Under the pieces are notes generated by a model. The model was not told where the DNA came from, searched no databases, and saw nothing but the letters and a program-made list of their open reading frames with translations. From positions 878,124 to 942,123 of the forward strand of contig NMRA01000115.1 in NCBI GenBank assembly GCA_002633005.1: a stretch of 64,000 nt of DNA, in the 5' to 3' direction. Origin of the DNA: Phoronis australis. Lineage: Eukaryota > Animalia > Phoronida. Both the position numbers and the translations under genes were made by a program. Positions 1 through 25,800 of this stretch are shown here, in pieces; the stretch's first letter is position 1, and each line of letters begins with the position of its first letter.

Positions 1-3000
1 TCTCCTAAGTATGCTATACGCAGCAAAATATGAAGGGAAGTATACAGCATGTAGAATACAATTTGCATCAATGCTGTTACATTTACTACAAGCATGGAGA
101 GTACACATGGAGAGTGAGCCTACAAAGGTGTCGTCGTTACCGTGCCGACATCAGCATGGAATTAAAAGTAAAAGACAACAGTGATGAGGGAACCAATCTG
201 TGCCCACGTTGGGAGGGCCAGCCTTTCTTGTAACAATTAAACCTCATGAGCTGTAATAGACCGGAGTAATCGAGTGTCTAAAAAAACTTTCATAACTTAA
301 TTCTGGTAAGAGATGAGCGTCGATCTAAATTGTGAAATTAGTTGAACCGTTCATACAGGTTTCAGTAGTTAACTAACATCGAAGTAAACAGTAAAAAAAC
401 GCTGTCGTTATCAATGTAATCACAATAGTAGTGGCCGCTGCTAAAAGCTTTGATGAGACCGAAGTTGGTTATTCATAATGCGCAGAAGCGTCGATTCTCT
501 GCCGTTATATCCACTTGTTTGCTGGGAAGTGAACTGGTACTGTTAACTTCGAACCAGGACCGAAGTGAATCGTTCATACTGACTGCAACCACGCGCTGAT
601 ATTAGTATGAACAGCCTTAAGTACAATAGACTTGTGAAGCAGACAACGAGAACACATCGTGTGTGCTTGCCTCATCACCGGTCGTGCCGCTTTTTTGCCA
701 AACAATTCCCTGCTTCTGTCTTTTAGCTTACTGTTGTAGTTTGAGTACACCATTAGATATGTGCTGAGCGTGGCAGATGTACTGATATCATGAAATAAAT
801 AGAGCAATTGGCAGAGAATGTTATTAATGCTTATTTGCCTGACTTCTTCTGACTGGCTTGCAGCTCACAAAAATCTGGCAACTTTGTGCAAACGAAATCT
901 GAGATCGCATTGGCAAGCTTTAGGTCACCAAATAGAGCCCTACAGAGATTAATACATCCATCTCACCTCATTATTTAACTTGACTGCTGCATCCAGGGTG
1001 GCGCCAGTATACATGGAACAGAAGTCGTAGATCCCATCAAATACTGGGCTGTAAAGTAGGGACAGCACTGTTAGACAGGTGTATTAAAGCATCATACACA
1101 ACAAATGTTATCAAAGTATGGTGCAGTAGCTGAAAAATTGTTGCAATGTAAATATCTGGTAAAGAGGGAATCTGAAATGGAAATAAGGTTTCCTAAGGTG
1201 ACCGTCAACCGTCATAAGTCCTTTCATGTCTCATCAAATAACATTTTAACTGTCCATTACCGGCTAATTTTTATATCTTCTAAATAGGCCACTAGCCCCT
1301 TATACAGAAATAAAAAATATGTTTAATATGTACTCACACGCACACACACACACACGCAGCGCTGGTGTTTTATTACCAAGTGGGGTAACTTATGCCACTA
1401 GTAATCGCTGTGTGGCTGCAAAAGTGGGGTGGGGCGAAGTAATTATCAGCTGCGATTGCGTACAGACGGGTTTTCTCATGTGCACCGTATTGGCATTAGG
1501 TGTTCATTGCCACACACAGAGCATCAACTTCCACCTTACCCTAGTTATTGGACATACATGTGTGACAATGCTCCACTGCAAGTTGTTCTAGGGTAGGCTA
1601 CGTGTGGATGAGACTTCAGAGCATGAGAGACTGATCACAAAAAACAGCAGACTCACCAGTCGTCTCCGACGTTGAATACACTCAACATCTTAGTGAAGTC
1701 CTGGATGTTGCCAGGGCTAATCCTTTGTAAGAATTCAATGTATTCCGGCGAGTGGAAACGACACATGTCATTGGCTGAGGCTCTGTATGGACGGTAAACC
1801 TAGAAAGATAACGGCAAATACAGGCTAACACGGGAAAAGGCCAAGAGCTACAAATAAAAAGCTCCCGTAAAAAGCCTTGATATTTCAAATATATGAACAA
1901 ATATCTCAGTCAATAACAGGCTGGGTGGAAAAAATGCAAGATGCTATGACCACATGTGACAAAGTATCAGATGGTAAGAGGACACTTGTATACAAAAATA
2001 ATTGCCTTAATCGTCCTGTGACCAGTGACCTCAGTGATGATTCCGTACATCCTTCATTCATTCGTTGAGAATTTCCTATCCCTTGCAAGCACTCAGAAAG
2101 CTCAAATTTGGCCCCATTAGTGCGAAATCCAACATATCTGAGACCAGCTTCAAGGAGTTCATTCAGAATTAGGTGACAATTTTTGAATGCCTGACTGTTC
2201 GCGCATCTCAAAAAAGTTCGCGGACAGAATTGAAGCAAGCATGTGAAAAATTTCCTAGAATGTTAAAACAATCATTCAAGAATTCGTTACGACAAGGCTC
2301 GATTTGGCCACCTGCAGTTCGCCAATGCAACATCAGATTTTGTTTGGCACAAAGTTGCCACATGTTTGTGAAGAAGAATTAGTACCAGCAATTAGCTTCG
2401 AAATTTGTGGTGACTTCCAAACTTAAAAAAAAACAAAAAAAAACTTTCCGAATATCATTAACTCTGGTTCATCATGGGTCCTATTTATATCATGAAATCA
2501 GTACACCTGTCAGAACCAGCATACCTCTGAGCACGAACTTAAGTGTGACCATTTCTATGAACAGTAAATTTCCACTACTAGAAGCTATTGCTTTCCAAAA
2601 AAAAAAACAATCTAAAACAATCTCAATCACATGCTTGACAATTTTGTTAATAAGACTATAATGTTTGCCAGAGATAGCTGGGTCGAACGAACTGAGCAAT
2701 CCACCAATAACAGGAGACATTTTGTAACATCTAGTTGGTACATTCACACAAAATATACCCACTCAAAGGGCCATTCACTTCTAGTGAACTGGCTCTGTGA
2801 ATTGCTAAATTCGGTGTGAATGCTCTAACTCAAATCACTTTCATAACATATTTTTTGAATTGATAATCTAAAACCAAGTCTCTTTTCTATTTCCATTAGA
2901 CAAACAGGTCACCAAAGTTCTTTTAACTTGAGTACAGTTACATTCAATGAATACTTGCATAATACAAGTACAAGACTAATTTTCCTGAATGGTCAGTTTG

Positions 3001-3910
3001 CACCACATTATCCATCCATAACAACCAGACTGGAGACCAAACTACTGCATTTCTTTAAATTTGTAAATGTTTTGTTTGAAATCTGGTTCACGTGTTTCAT
3101 TGCTGAAGTTGACAAAAACAAATTTTGAATATTCTTCATTACAAACCTGCATTTTCTTATACATTCCATAGTTCAATACCAAACTGTGCGTTAGGGTCAG
3201 CCTGTGTGGCTTCATTGGATGGCCAGGTCCTGAAAAAAGACAACAGTTTCTACATTTCAAATGTCCCATACATCTACTGACAACTATATGATCAGTTCCC
3301 CACAGATTGAAATTCACTATCACCCAAGTAAGGTTTGACACACTGCAAGGTTGGACGGTATCTAAAAACCATGATTAAATTTCTCAATTTCAGTTTAAGG
3401 ATGCATTACAGGATTCAGGATTCAGGCATGGTGATTGCGCTTATTCAAGATTCCTTCATGGTGATTGCGCTTAGAAATGACATCTTTATCATCAGCAACT
3501 CAAAGGCGATCCCGCACACAATCCCAGTAAACATGACTAAAAACTTTCAAATTTGTTGGATCCCAATGCACAACCAGTCTGTAATGTATTGTGAGTGCCA
3601 AAGTACAAGAACACTATGAGACAACATGACTCAACTAGCCGTTCGAAAGAGTGAAGTTCAAATCTGGAGTCTCTAGGATGTAGCTCTTGGATCTCTAACC
3701 AAGCCCAAAATCAGCTCAAGTTGTGGGTAGGATGAGCTCAGCTACTTAGCGGCCAAACATAACAGTACTGTACAAGTCAACTGGGTCGAAGCTAATGTTG
3801 GCATTGATGGTAATGAAGCTGCTAATTAGTTACCTTGCAAAGCAGAGCGAGTACTTCTATTGCAGTGCACCTAACACAATCATAATGACAAATAAACCTA
3901 AATAGACATA

Positions 3911-4731
3911 CAGTCAAGTGACCTAATTATCGGACGTTTTGGCACATTTTGCATTATATTTAATTGAAAACATTACGGATTGTTGTAAATTCTTTGCTGA
4001 AATAAAGATTTACCTTCACGGAATTGTTCTGTTACTATGTCTTGTCACTGAAAGCCACATTTATGTTCCGACTGATCTTCAAAAAACACAACAACCAAAC
4101 CTTCGGAGAACCTAAATATCGGACACCATGTTTCTCCATACGCCACACCGCGGAAATCTGACTAACCACGTAATGGCCGCGGGCACCTTGTCGCCAAATT
4201 TCAGCTCGAGTGTTTTGACATATATGCTGCTAGAACCCAGGTCCATTCGCAACAAAATTATCCATGAAATGAAATCTGATGACGGCGCCAAGTCGTTTCG
4301 ATGAATTAGTGCAGACGACTAAAGCACGTGCAAACTCACTGCAGTTTTTAGTATCACTTAGGCTTCTTGATATGACACCCGCACGTGCGCGGTCGGGGTT
4401 TGACTTGAGTTTAAAAACAAACGAAAAAATGGAACAGTGACATATTGTCAGTTCAATGAGATGGTTTCATTGTGGAAAAAGATTTTATTTTCAACTTTTA
4501 TAACCGATTTATGCGATCGTCCATTTTAGGCCGACTTGGGGGTCTAAATTGCACCCTCTCTCGGTGAAATCAAAACGAGGCAACGCTGTAAAAAACGAGA
4601 CGGTGCCGGACATTGAATGCATTACAACGGAACAAAAATTGGTGTCATTTAATTCTCAGATTATGCTTCAAGTAAGATTCTATGAAATGTCCGATATTTA
4701 GGTTCCGTCCGATAATTAGGTACCCTATGTG
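3911..4731. mobile_element. Tc1/mariner(pogo)-like MITE
   Basis: TA-flanked; inverted ACCTAATTATCGGACG (3921-36) / CGTCCGATAATTAGGT (4706-21), plus internal copies of the same motif at ~4110 and ~4690; no ORF. Confidence 0.7.
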
Positions 4732-6455
4732 TACCAGCTTCAATAACGGATTACCTTTCATTATTTTTCTTTTAACAAAAATTTATACAATCTAAATATC
4801 TAAATAAGTCAATTGCTAAAATAAAGTTCAAGGTCAAGTTTGACACTTGACTCTTGAGGGCATTCGTGGCGACGTGACGTCAATGACCTCCGAGTGTCAA
4901 GTTAGTCAAGTTGAATGATTGTAAATTGCGAAGGCCATCACCAACCCTCTTTTACAGGGTGCTTCATTTCGATTTTAGGGCAAATAATCAATATTCATGA
5001 ATCGTTTTCATGACGTTTTTGACGTCGATCACGACTTCTTTAGTCCAGACTCCCCTCCCAGCCAAGGAAAATTAGGAAGGCAGTGGAGAGTGGCATCCGA
5101 TGACAGGTTATGTACAGGTTTCAGAAATAATTAATGGGAAATTCCTATGAAAGAAGGGACTCATAAGAGACTGAAGTATTGCACATATCAATCATTTATG
5201 TACTACGGACATTGTTGTCAACCTACCGTAATGGAAGTTCCCTACGTCTGGGTCGTAAAAATACGCAACCTTGTTCTTTCCGGCCATCTTGAATTTAAAA
5301 ACATGTACCTTGGCAATAATGACATTATTAAAATGTCGTAGGACAGCCTCAGCATCACTCGGGTGAACGGCGCGCTCCGAAAGCGGTGCGTACAAGTTTA
5401 GCAAGGTGTGTGTGCGTTTAGGCTAACAAAATTTTTAATATGTAGCGACTGTCTGCTTGTACAAGATAAAATACCGGTTTATCAATGTTTTTCATTAACC
5501 ACCGGCTAATAAATATGCAATGAAATTCGGAAAGTACCGTACACAGGGGCTACTCGCCCTTTGGGATTCATAGCCCGGGCGGACCTCAAATTCAATTCCC
5601 ATGGATCAAATTCCGACGTTTGGACCTAGTGTGCAGTTGTAGGCTTATTTTGAAATTGGGTGCGTGAGCCGTTACATGCTCTCTACACTGAGGGGGGCCA
5701 ACTGAGAGGGCCGGCCGCCCCGGCCTCACTGAGATTCCACGGATATTTGACAGTTCGACTGGGAGGGTGCAAATGTCTGAAGGGCAAAATCCTGGCTAAT
5801 ACTCTGCCCTGTCCCCGCCCCCCCCCTTAACTCAAAATCCTGGATCCTCCCCTGTTCTATATGCACGGAAACGACTTAAAGCAATCATAACAGACTAACG
5901 GGATGCGCGAATGCCACTGAGACTAGCCTCGACTATCATAGTGACGGAGTGGGTACCGAAAACTCAAAAACATCATGATCACTGAGGAAGTGAAAGACAA
6001 TTGATATTTCTAAGTTAATGGGTATTTTGCCATAACTTGACGTTGACAATTGACTTAGGATTAAGTCTTAAGTTCACAAATTAAACGTGCATTCGGGTAA
6101 ATCATAAGGTCCATATTTAAGAGTTGACTGACGACGTCACCGTACGAGTGTTGGACGGCCGGGCTAAAATAATTTTTTCTGGTCACTTACTAAATACCGC
6201 CAACTAGTGGATCTCATATGCAAAGGGTTATTTAGTTGTGCAAAATAAAATAAGAATTATCGAAATTGGATAGTTTTTGAGAAATTTATGCACTTTTTGT
6301 CTCTGAATTTCATGCATTTTTAGCGTTGTGGCCATTGGTCTCAACTTCCTTGCACAGGCGAGAAATGATTGCGTATGGTGACAGACCATGCCCCGGTAAA
6401 AAGTGACCGTCGGACGACCATTGTCCGACGGTTGGAGTTAACTAATGCGAACATG

Positions 6456-6618
6456 CAGGAGCGGATCCAGGATTGTGAGTTGGAGGGGGCAGGGCTGAGT
6501 ATGATAGGACTGATTTTGCCCATAAGAAATTCGCACCCGCACGAACCGCCAAATGGAATTTAACTAAGAGAATTTTAGGGGGCATGGCACCCTTGCCTCC
6601 CCCCTAAATCCGCCACTG
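6456..6618. mobile_element. Short MITE (CAG..GCGGATC / ATCCGCCACTG ends)
   Basis: Imperfect TIRs; the same terminus recurs at ~6922 and ~15695. Confidence 0.45.
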
Positions 6619-7379
6619 AACACAATAGCCCATCAAGTCGTACGACACCTAATTACGCCACAAAAATACAAGCTTGTCTGACCGATGACTACTGGCAAAA
6701 AAATAAAGTTTGTTTTTTAAAATGTACCTGCTTGACCGGATTTTTTGGAAACATTTTAGAACTTTGAATTTTCTTTCTAGGCAGTGCTGTAGTGGTAAAA
6801 TTAGAGGTAAGCAGGCGTCCACAGCCCATCGTATCGCCTTGAGCGCTGAACTCGCAAAACCTGGCCCATTAGTAAACTTGTAGGCCGCCTACTTTTTGAC
6901 TCACGAGTGGATATTTACATGCAGGAGCGGATCTTGGATGTCGGAGAAAAGAGGGTCCAGTCACACATCGAAGGCAAAGGTCCATGTGCATTCCAAGCGG
7001 TCCCTGAAGGAGACCAAGTGCAATTATAAAGGAAAATAGCAGCCATTTTTGGTGGCCCGTCGGGTGTGTCCTCTGGGTCCCTTAGCCACCCCCTTCCCCG
7101 TGGTGGGACATGTACCTTTATCTTGAAATATTAATAAAAACTGCATTACTCGGTGAGCAGGGCATGTATGCCTGGTAGTCGTGCACGCCGAAACGATCGG
7201 CAATAACGCTGTCGTATCGACTAGGCCCCGTCTCTTAATTACGGCGCGTAGACGGTACGTTACTATGTTCAAAGGTGCATGGTCGCGACTTTTTGAATCA
7301 ACCTTTGTGGTTTAATAGTAACTTGGCGATCGGAGGCACTAGTGTTTTTCATATGCCTTGGTTTGTATAAGGCTTAAGA

Positions 7380-8290
7380 TTTATTAGAGACATATATACC
7401 TCTGATGACTTCGTTAGTTTGAACCATATGAAAAATGGGTTCGATGTAAAAACCAATTTGTATAATACAATGGTGTTGATGGTGTTGTTTCTGTTCTAAG
7501 AAGATTTCAAAAAGTCTATTTCAAAGTAAATTTAAAAGTGTTAATGTCTACTCTCCTTGCATACCTTTAGCAATTACTCACTTACGGAAAGATTTGAAGA
7601 GTTGCAGATATATTAGTTCAGTCTTTAATGACGTTAAGAAACCTTCCAAGTCAGAGTATAAATGGGAAATAGAGTTAGGAGACAGTTTAGATTTGAAGAA
7701 AGTATACGCATTGCCTTATGAAATTACAAAGGATCCCAACATTAGATGGTTCCAATTTAGAATACTACACACGGTTATTGCAACAAATACCTTTTTAGTC
7801 AAAATCCATGTTCGGAATCCTAATTTATTTTCCTTTTGTACTAAAGCTCCAGAGACGCTGTCACACGTAATTTCTTTGGAATGTCGCCTTGCACAAGATT
7901 TCGGACCGGAATTCGGAAAGCTACTTCAAAAGTGTCTCATACACTGCTTACAAACTGTCTATGTTACGAACCTGTTATTCTTGGACTCATTCATGGACGC
8001 AGGATTTTCTATTTAATAATTTGGTTCTACTAGCCAAACAGTGCATTTTACATATACTTGAGAACTATAATGCTGAAAAATCAATTGCATATAAAAACTT
8101 TGTATATGACAGCTTCTCTGCGAAATGGGAAAATTTTATTGTTCATGTTAATTCATGTAGCAGTTGCCAGAGTGTTTACATGTACTTTATACGAGAATGG
8201 TCTCTCTTAAGGTGTGCATGTGTGAATGAATGGATGTATTAAGTTGTTTCTTTGCTTTTGTACTTGTTTCTAAATGACGATAAATACCTG
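7380..8290 (+). mobile_element. Degenerate 3' end of an L1/Tx1-like LINE (zf-RVT region)
   Basis: Translation RWFQFRILHTVIATNTFLVKIHVRNPNLFSFCTKAPETLSHV and LVLLAKQCI in a shifted frame. Confidence 0.7.
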
Positions 8291-8776
8291 AAAACAAAGG
8301 TGATTGGCTGCATTATACCGTAACTTACCGTGGGTAGGCGCTACGTTAAAAAGCACAAAGGTGGTTGGCTGCACCTACGACCACTAGAGCACTGTTTCTA
8401 CGCCAGAAAATAAATTTTTTTATTAACATTGAAACGTATCACCTTGTGTGCGAGCAGAGCGTAAGAATTCTTCAGTGGAGCCTGAGTTTACATCTACATT
8501 AAAGAGTCATGAGAGAGTATGACGTGCTGTTAGTCCTCAAAAGTGAAGATCTTGGACTATGAATGTTTACATTGCACAGTCTTTTCATATGTCAATGGCA
8601 AACCAGGAGTCTTTACCCCATTTCTGTCACACTGTATATCTATAACACAATGACGATGCAGTCATAATACAGTGCTTCCTATTCATCCAGTTTCACAATT
8701 CGTTCCAACTCCGACGGTCTTTTCTCTTTCATGGACTGAGGATGGTAACGTAAAAAGTAAAAAAGTCTTTCTTTGG

Positions 8777-22483
<13,707 letters not shown>

Positions 22484-22772
22484 GTTTTTGCTGGTTTTGC
22501 GAATTTTCTGCTTATCTTAACAGAGCTTTCCCACGCTTCCAAATCGAAGATGGCGCTAGTAGTTGCTTAAAGTAAAATTCTGAAATTTAGTTTCGTACAA
22601 ATTCTGGCAAACGTCAACATTTTTTAGTTTGTCGGATAATTACCATATGTATCTTTTGGTCAATTATGCATAGAATTCGTTAGGTAGATCAAAGAATTTC
22701 GACCTGTATTCCCACATTTCTACAGCCTGACATTTCTACAGTAAATAGCGCCACCTATTATTTAATGCGGAA
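22484..22772. promoter_or_regulatory. Putative bidirectional promoter and 5' UTRs between POLR2E and GPX4
   Basis: Divergent start codons only ~290-350 bp apart; YY1-like AAGATGGCG motif at ~22547. Confidence 0.6.
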
Positions 22773-22838
22773 ATGTTGGACTTTGTATTTTATGCAACAG
22801 GAACTTTTAGTCGTCGTTGCTCACGATTTATCGTCATG
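22773..22838 (+). CDS. GPX4: GPX4 exon 1 ([22 protein letters not shown]), with two in-frame ATGs
   Basis: Ends ATG|gtaggt (phase 0), like vertebrate GPX4 exon 1a; upstream in-frame ATG at 22773. Confidence 0.7.
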
Positions 22839-25800
22839 GTAGGTATTCAGTTGTGTAGCGTCTTCGATTGCAGTTATATACTAGCATATAAAACCTTACT
22901 TCCTTGTCTTATTGTTGAGTCAGTTCATATTTAGCAGGTTTAGCTATTGTTTTCACTGCGGGTACAATTACAGTAAATGCAGGATACTAGGATTTCTAGG
23001 AAGTATGGTCTGGAGTCAGCTCCATTGTTGATTAAAGTTTAAACCTCTGTGTGTTGCGCTCCGTTAGACTCTGAAATTTCACACAGCCCAGGTATATCTT
23101 TTCGTCACCTCGTTGTGAAACTTATATCAACATGTAGAGCTAACGACTGGCAAGGATCGCATGCAAAATCTGGGAGTCAACCAACACCCACCTTGCTTGT
23201 TACAGCCGTTTAAGTGACAAACAATCTAATAAATGTCATTTTCTCAGTCAGTGACTCAGTCTCAACTCTTTCCAGCCATTCATCTAGCCATCATCAAGAT
23301 ACAGTTAGGAACTGCTGTGCGTTAACCTTTCATAGACTTCAAAATTTCCCACCACTCGAGAATGTCTGCTCGTCACCTAATGAAGCTTAAATATGCGCAC
23401 ACCCAGGGGGCGGCCTCGGGGGGCTCCTTCCCATTTGGCGAAGTGGGCAAAAAGGTCTGCCCCAGAGAAACAAAAACTACAAGTAAACGGACAAAAGTCC
23501 ACTGGAATTCGGCGCGAATGCACAATTCATAGGTCTGAACCTATAGTACCTTGTTTATTTTTTAAAATATTTTTTTAGTCTCCGTTCTCTCTTTGCACTA
23601 ACAGGTCCACATACTGAAAAATTTGAGCCCCCTTGTATTTTAGGCTGGGTGCGCGCATGTTATACATAGAGTTAATGAAGGTTATACATCGCCTTGTGCA
23701 TGCATGAACTTGGAATCCTGCTTATAATCTCAAGATTGAATATTCTTTAAGGCAAACCGGTGAAATTTTTGTTCGGTGAAAAGAATTTTTGTAATTATTA
23801 GCCTCTAGATCAATCATTTTGTCTTTTACCATAACTTGTGTCACTGAACCGGAGGAATATTTGAATGGCTAAATGAGCCTAAATCGATCATTGTTTGGTG
23901 AAACTGATCACCTGTAGTTGAAAAGGTTGGTAGAAATTGACATTATTTTATTCAAATGTAACTTGATTTAGTGCAGTGCAAACTTTTATGAACATGAACA
24001 TGATTATATTAGTGAACTTGTCAAGTTGCCTCCCGTATTCCAAGTTCACGCAACACTCGCTTCTGCTTAATCTTGAGATTTAAAAGCAGGATTCCAATTT
24101 CACGGACAACAGCCCAGCTATAATGCCACATCCCCATAAAAAGTTACTCATCTCAAAATGCAACGAATAACATCAAATGAAAGATACAAATATTGAGTTG
24201 TAATTAACACATACCATGACTCTGGAGACAATTTCAGTCAACATGGTAGTTTGAATGAATCCATGAAAGTCTGTTGTGGTTCAATCGAGCTTCCCTGACC
24301 GGTCACTGGGTGCTATTTTGAAGAAGTTTCGTGAAAACATACCTGAAGCACAAAAAGTCCAATGGACAAAAATCTTACGAAGTTCCACCTGATGTCTTCC
24401 CATACTATTTTTGCAACTGACACGCACAAGGCCACATGCTTCGCACAGTCTCGCACTTGTCCTTGTCTTACTCACTGTGGCGTTAGTTGAAATACTAATG
24501 TAATTATCGCACGCGCTGAAAAATTTAATGGCGATAATAAAGTGGGAATTCTTTGCCAAAGTCATCTAAATTCCCACAGACTTGCACCATTGAAGATTGT
24601 AGCACCAGAAAGGATTACTGAAGAAAGTAAGCACTTATTTAAGTGTGAAATGTATTTTTGACGAGGTGAAAACCCTTTATTCGGTGATCGGATTTGACCT
24701 ACCGCCTGTTTAAAATATTACGCATGATGAAATTAGTACAGAAAGTGATGGGTATAGCCATGCAGACGAGAGGCTACATGTTGCCTAGCGAAATCCATAC
24801 AAAATCTGGGAATCAACCGACACTTAGCCCATTGCTGTCATTTAAGTGAAAAGCAAGCTAATATCATAGTCTTAGCTAATTCTCTGGCTTTTGTAACAAA
24901 GAAAAGTCTGTTGTTGACTTTAAAACGGCGCGCTCGAGACATGTGCACTTGGTAATTGTGATATGTAATTCATTTGGGAGTTGATGACATCTTTGCCAAT
25001 GAAAATATTGCTCTGATATCATGAAACAAACTACGCAATTAAAAAGTTAGAATTGATATGATAAATAATATGTCACTTTTAACGTGTGTCAAAAAGTGGG
25101 GCATTTTTATGGTGTGGCGGAATAATGGTAGGAAAAAATCAGAAAGTGGGACCATCTGCAAAGGGTGGTGCAATTGCGCGCTGTCAGCAACACGAAATAT
25201 TGGATAGTATTCTTTTACAAGGTAAACTTTCCATTTTTTAAAAATTTAATTTCATGGGTATAGGTAAATACTACAGATAACAGTAATTCTTCTGCTCAGA
25301 AATCGTATAAACAAGAAATGGTATCCTGGCAACAGGTAAACATTGCACAAATGAATTACGAAAGAAACAATTGAAATCAGTAAAAAATAATGTGAGCAGA
25401 GATATCGCTTGACTGCATATCCAAGTTCTCAATCATTCCTTTGCATACATGTATTCACTGGTAAAACAGAGCTCAGAGAAGTAGGAGACACTTTTGTGCA
25501 TAACAGTATTAAGTCACACACACGCACAGTCACACCCACAGTCACACACGCGCAGTCACACACGCGCAGTCACACGCGCGCAGTCACACGCGCGCAGTCA
25601 CACGCGCGCAGTCACACGCGCGCAGTCACACGCGCGCAGTCACACGCGCGCAGTCACACGCGCGCAGTCACACGCGCGCAGTCACNNNNNNNNNNNNNNN
25701 NNNNNNNNNNNNNNNNNNNNNNNNNNNNNNNNNNNNNNNNNNNNNNNNNNNNNNNNNNNNNNNNNNNNNNNNNNNNNNNNNNNNNNNNNNNNNNNNNNNN

